Of a stretch of 64,000 nucleotides of DNA, positions 52,871 through 64,000 are shown piece by piece. The translations under genes and the position numbers were made by a program. Below the pieces are notes generated by a model. That model had not been told where the DNA came from. It saw only the letters and a program-made list of their open reading frames with translations, and searched no databases. Source of the stretch: Octopus vulgaris (lineage: Eukaryota); assembly GCA_951406725.2 (NCBI GenBank), contig OX597815.1, positions 192,758,001 to 192,822,000 on the forward strand, given 5' to 3'. Each line of letters starts with the position of its first letter. Position 1 is the stretch's first letter.

Positions 52871-53399
52871 TACCTATTTCTTTACTTCCCACAAGGAGCT
52901 AAACACAAAGAGGGCAAACAAGGACAGACAAACGGATTAAGTCGATTATATCGACTCCAGTGCGTAACTGGTACTTATTTAATCGACCCCGAAAGGATGA
53001 AAGGCAAAGTCGACCTCGGCGGAATTTGAACTCAGGACGTAACGGTAGACGAAATACCTATTTCTTTACTACCCACAAGGGGCTAAACACAAAGAGGACA
53101 AACAAGGACAGACAAACGGATTAAGTCGATTATATGAATCCCCAGTGCGTAACTGGTACTTATTTAATCGACCCCGAAAGGATGAAAGGCAAAGTCGACC
53201 TCGGCGGAATTTGAACTCAGGACGTAACGGCAGACGAAATACCTATTTCTTTACTACCCACAAGGGGCTAAACACAAAGAGGACAAACAAGGACAGACAA
53301 ACGGATTAAGTCGATTATATGAAACCCCAGTGCGTAACTGGTACTTAATTTATCGACCCCGAAAGGATGAAAGGCAAAGTCGACCTCGGCGGAATTTGA
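52871..53399 (-). repeat. tandem trimer (~184-185-bp period) of a headless SINE unit
   Basis: Units start tacctatttctttac at 52871, 53055 and 53240. They are near-identical and CpG-intact. Confidence 0.92.
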
Positions 53400-55656
53400 C
53401 CGAAATGTAATTGTGTTCGTCGCTCGACCGTCTCAGCTATTCCCCGTCTTCTCTACCTTTCCATGAGCGCCAAATATTAAAACTAGAGAGAGAGAGAGAG
53501 AAGGGGGAAAATGGTGGGGGGAGTAAATTTGGAAATCTTGTAGTTAACAGTCATATAAGAAGCACTAAAGAAAATGTAGCAGCAAGCTGAAATGGTATCA
53601 AATAAAATAAGAAGAAAAAAAAAATCAATAATAATTACGGTTGCATGTTGTGACGTTGAAAAATATATGAGGAAGAAATGTTGCAGTGAGATAAGACCAT
53701 CATAAAATTTCAGTAAACATGTCAAATAACTGCTTTTATGAAATATTAAAAGTAAACTGCAAAACCATAACAATTGTCACAACTGCAACGACAGCGCATT
53801 ACCACTGACATTTCAATTTGCGAGAAATAGCAACTAAATCTCTCTTGAAACACACCTTGCAATTTATAAAAAAAAAAAAAAAAAAAATTATGGATACATA
53901 GTAAGTATTTAGTAAGTATATCTAAGGCTGAATTATCCTTGTGTATGAAATAAGACGGAACGGTCATTGCCGGAACGTCTTTGATCATCATTGGTCTTCT
54001 TGACCAGGTCTGGTCTCAGACTGAACAACAAATAGATTAACCATGTAGCTATCCGAGTTTAAAGGCAGAAACAAAAATTGTAGATACATCAAAACCATAA
54101 CAATTAAGTGGCATCTCTCTTTTGGATAAAAACTAAGCACTTCCAAAAATAAATCGATTAAAAACATGCCTTAATATCGAAGCAACAGTTTAAAATGGAA
54201 TTGATCGCGTACGAGTGTGCATGGGTGTACTTCTGTACGTCTGTGTGTGTTACATCAGTGTAAGAGAAACACAAGCGCGAGTGCAGAATCTATCTATAAT
54301 AATTAAATCTTTCATGCCAAACCTCTAAGTGGTCACTCGATCTGCTAGAAATAACAGGCGAATTTCACATCTCAAATCACATCTTGCCATCTTAAAGAAG
54401 CAAAAAGACTTGTAGTCCTAGAAATATTAGGACTGGAAAAAAAAAACCAAAAAGAATCTTTTTTTTAAAAACGTTAAGGTGGAAGTGGGGATGCCTTTGA
54501 TGATAATTATTCTCATTAAGATCAGACAGATCAAAGGTTAAGCATAAACTTTTCATTTTCATAATTTTGTTTTTTGTAAGCTACTCTACAGTAGCACAGC
54601 TCATGTATCGTTTATTGTCGAAGAGCCACTTAGACGAGACTAGATCCAAGTTAAGGTGCACGTAAATACAAATACCTGCGTGAGACTGACATATCAAACA
54701 GGTGTATTGACGATTCCAAGTCTACGGAACTGTTTCACTGTAATTATGAAAAATTCCATAAAGAAACAATAATGACAGGTGTCAAACTGAGTTTATTGTT
54801 CGTATATTCTAGAAGAGAAATTTAGGAAATTAAATTATAACCTGTAAATTGTACACATACCCAGGATAAACACAAAACTATATAATGTACTTTTAACACA
54901 CACGTTTATATAGTCTTTATCAGGAATGTATAATCCAAAAAAACCCTAGTTTTGAGAGTCTTAAAGACGATCACACTTTTAAAACAACTAATAATGATAG
55001 TAATTGCTTCTAAAAAAAGTGACTACAAACTTGTTCTTTTTATTTTTTTAACCCTAAATCGAATACACCAAATATATACCAAATATCATGAGAGATATTG
55101 CAATATTTACTATACAAAATGTGAAATTCTTACTTTAATAGATAAATATACTGTTGTTATTTGATAAATATAATAGATAAATATACTGTTGAGTGAGATT
55201 TCGTGGTTATTTTGCTGGGTTTTTTTCCTTTTTTTCTGGAATTACCATTTTAATGATGAATCTGACTATGATTCTCATAATTAATTGACGATTGTTGTCA
55301 AAACAGTACATTTAAGGATGATAATCGCATTTAAGGATGATAATCAAGACAAGTCGAAATATCTTCCTAGGTTGATAATACATAAGAAATACTAAATATA
55401 CAAAAAATCAGGAAAAATATATTTAAAAAAAAGACCGAGGGGGAAAAAAAAATATTATTTTGTAGCGTAAATTCGTCGAGCTATCATCATCAACATAGTC
55501 GAATGCGAGTATGAGAGATATAGACTCGCACACGTCTCTTTCTAAAACAAGCAGACACACAAGACCAATGTTAAGACACTAATAAAGGTATTCAGGAATT
55601 GGACAGTTTACAAATTATATCTAAATAAGGGAAACTGAGTGAAACAAATAACAGAA

Positions 55657-55745
55657 ACTTACCATAAAATAGCGTCTGTTTCCGCAGGAAGTAAATCATC
55701 TAATTCAAGGGCAGTAACTCTTAACACAACTTCCTTTTTTCTTTT
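55657..55745 (-). promoter_or_regulatory. candidate 5' exon/TSS region with splice donor for the gene at 37 kb
   Basis: Minus strand reads ...acttcctgcggaaacagacgctattttATG|GTAAGT (donor at 55662). ETS-like CAGGAAGT and ACTTCC motifs lie in unique, comparatively CpG-retaining sequence. Confidence 0.5.
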
Positions 55746-56128
55746 AATATCTTTCGCCAGATAGTATTTAATTCTTTTATTATTTTCCTGGTTTGACTTG
55801 GTGGTGGACGGCAGGCATTTTGGCCGGGGGGAATACTTTTCGGGTTTTAGTTAATTGTATCGACCCTCGTAAGATATTCCAGTCGAGTAATTATTTTATC
55901 GATATTTGTTTCCTGAAGCTCTGGTTATTTGATCAGGAAGGAACATAACGTAAATTACACCGCCTTTTTGGACCGGTGTAAACATAAACAAAGACACGGG
56001 ATACTTGTACACATATATACATGCATATACACGCATACATGTATGCATGCATACATACATACATACATACACACATATACGCACACATACACACTCAAAT
56101 ACCTACATGCATATACTCATATGTACAC

Positions 56129-56172
<44 letters not shown>

Positions 56173-57291
56173 TCTCTTTTACTTGTTTCAGCCATGCGGC
56201 TGTGGTCATGCTGGAGCACCATCGTGGTCTTTCTGACTTCCTCAGTCTGGGTGTTCCACGTTACCACTCCTGTATGTGCCTTTCTCCCACCTGTTGGTAC
56301 ATTTGGTGTATAAGCGAGTTTGATTCCGCTGCCCAGGTCTGTACCTTATCTCGGGATGTTGGTTCATCCGGTATTGTGGAAAGAAGGATGTCTAGTCCCT
56401 TTTCGAAGACATCTACTTCCACATACATAAATTTCTTAATTTTTGTGGCAGGGCATTGAAGAACTGTGGGCCTTTGAACCCTAAACTATTGCAGTACCTG
56501 GTCCTGAATTTAGATGGAGTGGATGGTACCTTTGGTACAATACATTGGCGGCCAGTTCTGGCATTTGTATAACACCCAATGCTAAAGTTAGGTACTAGCC
56601 CCTCTGAGATTTTCCATATATATATTATTGCATATTTCTCGCCTTCGCTCCAGGAAGTAAGGCTGTAATTTTCTTAGCCTATCCCTGTAGTTCATCCGCT
56701 GCACTGCTTCAATTTTTTCCGTGTAGTGGCGTTGGACTGCTTCAAGCTCTGCTGTTAGTTTGGCACTATGTGGGGACCATAACTGGGAGCAGTAGTCCAG
56801 GCGGCTGAGAACTAAGGTTCTCCACAGGGTCAACATAATTTCTTAGTCTCTGTGTCTTGAAGGAACTCAGTATCCATCCTGCGAGTTGTCTGCACTTTGC
56901 TGCCACCTTACTAATGTGCATACGAAATGATGCGTCATTGCACACACTGATCCCCAAGTTTTCACTGCCTGTGACTATGTGAATGTAGTACCTTCATGTC
57001 CTGTAAATGTAGATTGTACTGTATTCGTGAGTTGATAGAGCAGTGCTTGAAATTTTCCAGCATTAAACTGCATGTTGTTTTTTCGGCCCACTTGTATATT
57101 GAATTTAGGTCCCCCTGTAACCTTATGATATTATTTTGGTTTTTTATTGCCTGTGATAATTTTGTATCATCGACATAGCTAGTAACACTGGCTGTCCGAG
57201 TGACCGTGGGCACCAGAATAGTTCCCTGGGGGACACCACTTAGGATTTGAGTTTCCTCAGAAAGAGCACCATTGGCTGCAACTACCTGAAT

Positions 57292-57595
57292 ATATATTTG
57301 CAAAGGGAGGCCTACTTTTCATCAACAACTCGTGATTGTCACACGCTGATGACGGTCAATACCCAGAAACTCGAGTCCGTGTGTATCATGTCAGATTGAA
57401 GACGGGAAGGATGGCTTCCCTTTGCAAATACTGATAGAACACAGAAAGTGTGTCAATAGCCAGCTGGAGGAGGTGTCCTCTTGGGGCTACAAGCTACAGT
57501 AGCATCTACCCTTAGGGGATAGCCACATTTAAGTGGCAAATATACTTCACGATATGCTGCAGCTACTGTCTATACCTCGCTCAGAGATTTATTAT
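57292..57595 (+). mobile_element. small structured retroelement (retrozyme/ribozyme-SINE-like) inserted in the LINE RT
   Basis: Removing it restores ...LKDRI[R/Q]VVAANG...SGVPQG. Flanked by tacctgaat (57283-57291) and tacccgaat (57596-57604). Short (ATT)n 3' tail. Confidence 0.75.
57331..57390 (+). ncRNA. type I hammerhead ribozyme motif
   Basis: Stem I CACACG/CGTGTG (57340-45 / 57378-83), extended by cgtgat/atcatg. Core CTGATGA (57346-52), a short stem II, and GAAAC-TCGA-GTC. Predicted cleavage is after 57377. Confidence 0.75.
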
Positions 57596-58413
57596 TACCC
57601 GAATTCTGTCTTTAAGGAAGTCATGCAGCCACTTTCCCAGTTTACCAGCAATGCCAAGGTCTCGTAGCTTATGACTTATCATGCCATGATCTACCTTATC
57701 AAATGCCTTTGCGAAGTCAAGGTATATCACACTGACATCTGAACGGTCAAGCAGCTGTTTCAAAACCCAGTCATAGTACTTTAGGAGCTGTGTGAGGTAG
57801 CTACTTCTAGGACGGAAGCCAGGTAGAGTATTGTTCAGTAGGCCATTTTCTTCTAAGAACATTATCAACTTCTTTCTGATGATTCACTCCATGACTTTAC
57901 TGATATGTGAAGTCAAATAAATCGGCCTGAAGCTTTTGGCCTCTGCTCTGCTTCCACCTTTGTGGATAGGGGATACAATGCCTTCTTTCAGCTTTTTAGG
58001 AAGTATACCACTTGCAAGGAATCTTTGGGAAAGTATCTGAAGTAGTTTCACTAAAGCCTGCTTATATGACTTTAGGAGAATAGCTGGGAAGCCAACAGGA
58101 TGAGTGGTGGAGCATGAGCTCATTTCATCTATGGCCGCTGTTACATCTGTTTCCTCAACCTTGATGGTTGGTGCTTCCTTTTATAGAGCTGCAATATCAA
58201 AGAATTCAGCTGGATTTTTTATCTGCATGCGTCCAAAGGGGGAAGTGAAGACACTTTTAAATTGTTCACTGAGTATCTCACTTATCCTTCCTAGATCCGC
58301 CGTCAGTGAGTCATTCCCTAGGAATAATGGTCCTATTTTATATTGTATTGTAGCTGTTTTCTTTGCGAATTTATAGAAAGTTTTGGGATTTGTTTTATGC
58401 TTTCCACGGCCCT

Positions 58414-58454
<41 letters not shown>

Positions 58455-59719
58455 CTCTCTCTTCCTCTCTCTCTCTGCTCTTTGCCTTTCGTGAGAAAGT
58501 TTGTACCTTGCTTTCAATTTCTAGGTGTATCCGTGTTAAGATAGACTTCTCTCTATCTTTCAGTTGCCTATTCAGCCGCTTTGAGATCTTTGACCTGCAT
58601 CCCATGAGGATTTTTCTGTCCCTGGGGAATATAGTTTGAAAGTGTGCTCGCCTTTCGTTCTGGGATATATTTAGTGCATATAGCTTGCACTGTTGACAAA
58701 CTGACAGAGTTCCAGATCAATGTCTTGCATACACAGAATGTTGGACCACTTTCGTTTGTGGATCTATTTGCAGATTGATTCCCATTTTGCCTCATGGAAA
58801 TCCAAGTTGGATAAGGCTTGAGACCTCCTGATAAGGTAAATACTAACAGTTCACGCAGGACCATGCATAGTTAATTCAACAATGTTGTGATCTGAGAGTA
58901 CCGTTGGTGTCACTTTCACATTATGGATAAGGTCCACATTATTTGTGAAGCAGAGGTCCAATATATTGTTTCCCCTGGTTGGCCTGAGTATCACTTGTTC
59001 CAGGAACAGCTTATTAGTAAGTTCAAATAATGACTCTACATGCTTGTGTTCATGCAGTGATTTCCCAGAGAGGATGTGGCCTTCTGGCCATTTGACATGT
59101 GGGAGGTTGAAATCTACCCGGAAGAGTATGTAATGTTCTGATCTAGGTTTGTTAATACCTCTTCGATGTGTTTGAGCCTATCCTCAAATTTCCATCATAT
59201 TTTGTGGTATTCGGCGGACGATATATTGTGCATACAGCTACACCAGCTTGCTTTATATGTATTATAAAAGTGTCGCGAACTAAATTTGAATGCGACAGTA
59301 ATATAAGAAGTGTGACATCTTCACGGATATACATAGCAACTCCACTTCTTTCACTTCTGTCTGTACGAAATACAGCATACCCTGGTGTGTGCACTTCCGC
59401 ATCTGTTACATCAGGGGATAGATGCGTTTCAGTGAATGCCATGCATATTGTTTGATTGCATATAACAGGCTCTTTTAGACAGAGAATTTTACCTCTGTTA
59501 CTGAGTTGTAGTAGACCTCCAATGTTCAGTAGGAATATGGGTGCGATATCGAGTTAGGTGTTAGTGGCGGCCATCCTGGGCCTGTCACCTGAGGCGGTCT
59601 TGTTTATTAGAATGCATGGCTTTGGGTTTGCATCCGGTACATCCATGTCAGCTGCTGTACTATCTTCTGGGCCATGTTAAAAAAAGATGCTGTTCGATAG
59701 CTGCAAACATACATATATA

Positions 59720-59760
<41 letters not shown>

Positions 59761-59762
59761 AC

Positions 59763-59835
<73 letters not shown>

Positions 59836-59959
59836 AACATAGATATATATAAACATATACATAAATATGTACATGTATATATATATATATATATATAGTG
59901 AGAGAGAAAGAGAGATACATACATACACACTCACACACGCACATACACACACACACACG

Positions 59960-60075
59960 ACCTCGTGTGTACCGTTGGCAATTTTTTTTCATCTGTCTTC
60001 TTTTCTCTCGATCTTTTCCTTCTATGTTTCCGACGAAGAGCTCCGCTCGAAACGTTGAACCCTCTATACTTCATT
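59960..60075 (+). mobile_element. Penelope-like terminal-repeat fragment with a degenerate minimal hammerhead
   Basis: gttt-CCGACGA-a-gagc-tcc-gctc-GAAAC-GTT-gaac (60026-60060). Confidence 0.55.
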
Positions 60076-61257
60076 TCATAAAATTTTTTGGAAACATTTT
60101 CGGTGAAAATTTTCGAATAATTTATGGGGAAAATTTTCGAAAAAGTTTTTGTGAAAATTTGCGATAAATTTGGGGGTTAAATTTTCGGGGAAAATTTTCG
60201 AAAAATTTTTGGAGAAAATTTTCGGTGAAAATTTTCGAAAAATTTTTTGTGAAAATTTTCGGGTAAAGTTTTCGGAAAATTCTTGGTGAAAATTTTCAAA
60301 AAATTTTTGGAAAATTTTCATAAAATTTTTGAGTAAAATTTTCGGTGAAAATTTTCGAAAAATTTTTGGGGAAAATTTTTGGTGAAAATGTTCGGAAAAT
60401 TTTTTGTAGAAAATTTTCGAAAACTTTTTTGTGAAAATTTTCGATAAATGATTGGGGTAAAATTTTCGGAATATTTTTGGAGAAAATTTTCAGTGAAAAT
60501 TTTCGAAAAATTTTTGTGTAAAATTTGCGGTGAAAATTTTCGGAAAATTTTTGGTGAAAATTTACAATAAAATTTTTGGGTAAAATTTTCGATGAAAAGT
60601 TTCGAAAAGTTTTTGGTTAAATTTTTCGGTGAAAATTTTCGAAAAATATTTGTGGAAAATCGTCGGTGAAAATTTTCGAAAAATTTTTGGGGAAAATTCT
60701 TGGTGAAAATGTTCGGAAAATTTTTGGTAAAAAATTTTCGAAAAATTTTTGGGAAAATTTTCGATAAAGTTTTGGGAAAATTTTTGAAAAAGTTTTGGGT
60801 AAAATTTTCGAAAGATTTTTGGGTAAAATTTTCGAAAAATTTTTGGGAAAATTTTCGATAAATTTTTGTGGAAAATTTTTGGAAAATTCTTGGTGAAAAT
60901 TTTCAAAAAATTTTTTGGAAAATTTTCATAAAATTTTCGGTTAAAATTTTCGAAAGATTTTTGGGGAAAATTCTTGGTGAAAATGTTCGGAAAATTTTCG
61001 GTGAAAATTTTCGGAAAATTTTTGGTAAAAAATTTTCGAAAAATTTTTAGGTAAAATTTTCGGTGAAAATTTTTGAAAAATTTTTGGGTAAAATTTGCGG
61101 TGAAAATTTTCGGAAAATTATTGGTGAAAATGTACAAAAATTTTTTTGAAAATTTTCAAAAAATTTTTGGGTAAAATTTTCGGTGAAAATTTTCGAAAAA
61201 TATTTGGGGAAAATTTTCGGTGAAAACTTTGGAAAAATATTTGGGGAAAATTTTTGA

Positions 61258-61424
61258 AAAATCACGAGGCCAGTAGTGCCAAAATCACAAAGTATGGAAG
61301 CCCAGCGGTGCCAAAATGACAAACATGGAAGGCCAGCGGTGACAAAATCACAAAGTATGGAAAGCCAGTGGTGCCAAAATCACAAAGTATGGAAGGCCAG
61401 CGGTGCCAAATCACAAAGTATGGA
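61258..61424. repeat. ~32-bp tandem repeat island (~5 copies)
   Basis: (gccagcggtgccaaaatcacaaagtatggaa[a/g])n. Confidence 0.92.
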
Positions 61425-62287
61425 AAATTTTCGAAAAATTTTTCGATAAAATTTTAGTAAAATTTTCGGTGAAAATTTTGTAAAAACTTTTGGGGAAAAT
61501 TTTCTAAAAATTTTTGGGAAAATTTTTGAAAAAGTTTTGGGGAAAATTTTAGAAAGATTTTCGAGTAAAATTTTCGAAAAATTTTTGGGAAAATTTTAGA
61601 TAAATTTTTCTGGAAAATTTTGGAAAATTCTTGGTGAAAATTTTCAAAAAATTTTTTGGAAATTTTCATAAAATTTTCGAAAGATTTTTGGGGAAAATTC
61701 TTGGTGAAAATGTTCGGAAAATTTTTGGTAAAAAATTTCCGAAAAATTTTTTGTGAAAATTTTCGAAAAATGTTTAGGTAAAATTTTCGGTGAAAATTTT
61801 TGAAAAATTTTTGGGTAAAATTTGCGGTGAAAATTTTCGGAAAATTATTGGTGAAAATGTACAAAAAATTTTTTTGAAAATTTTCATAAAATTTTGGGTA
61901 AAATTTTCGAAAAATTTTTGGGAAAATTTTCGATAAATTTTTGGAAAATTCTTGGTGAAAATTTTTGGGAAAATTTTTTTTTGGAAAATTTTCATAAAAT
62001 TTTTGAGTAAAATTTTCGAAAGATTTTTGGGGAAAATTCTTGGTGAAAATGTTCGGAAAATTTTTGTTAAAAAAAAATTTTCGAAAAATTTTGTGAAAAT
62101 TTTCGAAAAATTTTTAGGTAAAATTTTCGGTGAAAATTTTCGGAAAATTATTGGTGAAAATGTACAAAAAATTTTTTTGAAAATTTTCATAATATTTTTG
62201 GGTAAAATTCTAGGTGAAAATTTTCGAAAAATATTTGGGGAAAATTTTCGGTGAAAACTTTGGAAAAATATTTGGGGAAAATTTTGA

Positions 62288-62578
62288 AAAATCACGAGGC
62301 CAGTGGTGCCAAAATCACAAAGTATGGAAGCCCAGCGGTGCCAAAATCACAAACATGGAAGGCCAGCGGTGACAAAATCACAAAGTATGGAAAGCCAGCG
62401 GTGCCAAAATCACAAAGTATGGAAGGCCAGCGGTGCCAAATCACAAAGTATGGAAGCCCAGCGGTGCCAAAATCACAAACATTGAAGGCCAGCGGTGCCA
62501 AAATCACAAAGTATGGAAAGCCAGCGGTGCCAAATCACAAAGTATGGAAGGCCAGCGGTGCCAAATCAAAGTATGGAA
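62288..62578. repeat. ~32-bp tandem repeat island (~9 copies)
   Basis: Same unit as 61258-61424. Confidence 0.92.
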
Positions 62579-63367
62579 AATTTTCGAAAAATTTTTCGAT
62601 AAAATTTTCAGTGAAAATTTTCGAAAAATTTTTGAGTAAAATTTTCGGTGAAAATTTTGTAAAAATTTTTTGCGAAAATTTTCTAAAAATTTTTGGGAAA
62701 ATTTTTGAAAAAGTTTTGGGTAAAATTTTCGAAAAATTTTTGGGTAAAATTTTCGTTGAAAATTTTCAAAAAAATTTTTGGGTAAAATTTTCGAAAAATT
62801 TTTAGGTAAATCTTTCGGTGAAAACTTTCGAAAAATTTTTTGGTCAAATTTTCGAAAAATTTTTGGGTAAAATGTTGGAAAAATTTTTGGGGAAAACTTT
62901 CGAAAAATTTTTGGGTAAAATTTTAGGTGAAAATTTTCAAAAAAATTTTGGAGTAAAATTTTCGAAAAATTTTTAGGTAAATCTTTCGGTGAAAACTTAC
63001 GAAAAATTTTTGGGTAAAATGTTGGAAAAATTTTTGGGGAAAACTTTCGAAAAATTTTTGGGTAAAATTTTCAAAAAAATTTTGGAGTAAAATTTTCGAA
63101 AAGTTTTTAGGTAAATCTTTCGGTGAAAACTTTTGAAAAATTTTTTGGTCAAATTTTCGGCAAAAATTTTCGTTGAAAATTTTCGTAAAACCATATAACG
63201 AATATGCAAGGCCCACGGCAACAAGAATGGCGTCAAGATAAAATCCGAATTGAGCTGATACGGAGGTGGGAAGTTAGATAAACGCAATTAAGCTTGGTAC
63301 GTATATTTACATGGAGCACTAAAGATCCCAAATAAAAATAATGAAAATATATGTACATAATTTATAT

Positions 63368-63518
63368 AGGCGCAGGAGTGGCTGTGTTGTAAGTTGCTTG
63401 CTTACCAACCACATGGTTGCGGGTTCAATCCCACTGCGTGGCACCTTGGGCAAGTGTCTTCGAGCCGACCAGAGCCTTGGGAGTGGATTTGGTTGGCGGA
63501 AAATGAAAGAAGTCCATC

Positions 63519-63520
<2 letters not shown>
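63368..63520 (+). mobile_element. CORE-like SINE 5' half
   Basis: ggcgcaggagtggctgtg...gggttcaatcccactgcgtggcaccttgggcaagtgtc, then (TA)n. Confidence 0.85.
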
Positions 63521-63564
<44 letters not shown>

Positions 63565-64000
63565 TATATATATATCTCTTATTATAAAAGGCAGATTTTA
63601 TCTGCCTCCCTTTGTAACTTATAGAAATCTACAATATAGGATTTCTTCAATTACAATTTACCTAGCATTTTTAAGAGTAGAATGCATCGGGTCATGCCAG
63701 GTCCAGTTTTTAAAATTTAAACTCCAATTAAGCAAAATTTACAGAAAACTCACATTCTGGTGTGTATGTCAAATGCTTTTCTTAATGTGGTTTTAAACCA
63801 CTACTCAAAAAATAAAAAAAACACAGCAAACAGAAACAAATAAATACATAACGATTTACTCCTCACACAATTTCTTCAATTAGAGTTTACCTAAGATTTT
63901 TCAAAGTACTCCATTCGGTCATGCCATAATATATTTCTTTCAATTTCACCCCCAATTAAGACAAAATTCGAGAAAACTCAATATTTTAACATTTCACTCC

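Larger units (their letters stand above)
56218..59600 (-). mobile_element. decayed CR1/L2-group LINE ORF2 (APE endonuclease + reverse transcriptase)
   Basis: APE motifs AFTETHL, GYAVFRTDR, GVAMYI and TIYRPP. RT motifs PIHKGG, YLDFAKAFDKVDH, SGVPQG, YVDDTK, RLDYCSQLWSP and LERRRE. Many frameshifts, plus a (GA)n tract at ~58410-58475. Confidence 0.93.
60077..63190. repeat. satellite/minisatellite array of ~10-13-bp palindromic AAAATTTT units with higher-order duplication
   Basis: Continuous gaaaattttc / aaaaattttt units separated by g, cg, ggtg or gggt. Landmark variants such as ggtgaaaatgtacaaaaa recur. Confidence 0.95.

Noticed and set aside
61258-62578. ~32-bp repeats as a CRISPR array
   Set aside because: The units are directly tandem with no unique spacers.
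60076-63287. Long F/K/I/N-rich ORFs (up to 191 aa)
   Set aside because: They are translations of the stop-poor satellite on both strands.

Overview
AT-rich, repeat-saturated animal genomic DNA. The SINE, RTE and microsatellite make-up looks like a coleoid cephalopod (Octopus-type) genome, but that is my inference. Only one convincing host coding exon is visible: minus strand 37089-37904, with a canonical acceptor and donor, ATG at 37878, and a low-complexity regulator-like N-terminus. A candidate 5' exon and promoter lie near 55.7 kb, so most of 1-55 kb is probably intron. The rest is a mosaic of transposable elements: two mariner relics, a CR1-like LINE, RTE and CRE-like fragments, several SINE families, non-autonomous Helitrons, piggyBac-type MITEs, a Merlin-like foldback element, and a ~3.1 kb palindromic A4T4 satellite with embedded ~32-bp GC-rich repeat islands. 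The most interesting signal is a ~300-bp highly structured insertion in the LINE RT (57292-57595). It has a target-site duplication and carries a type I hammerhead ribozyme at the tip of a long RNA rod (retrozyme-like). Several degenerate minimal hammerheads of the Penelope type occur elsewhere in the window. Nearly all short ORFs in the supplied track are microsatellite or repeat artefacts. All coordinates were read by eye; repeat boundaries are approximate.
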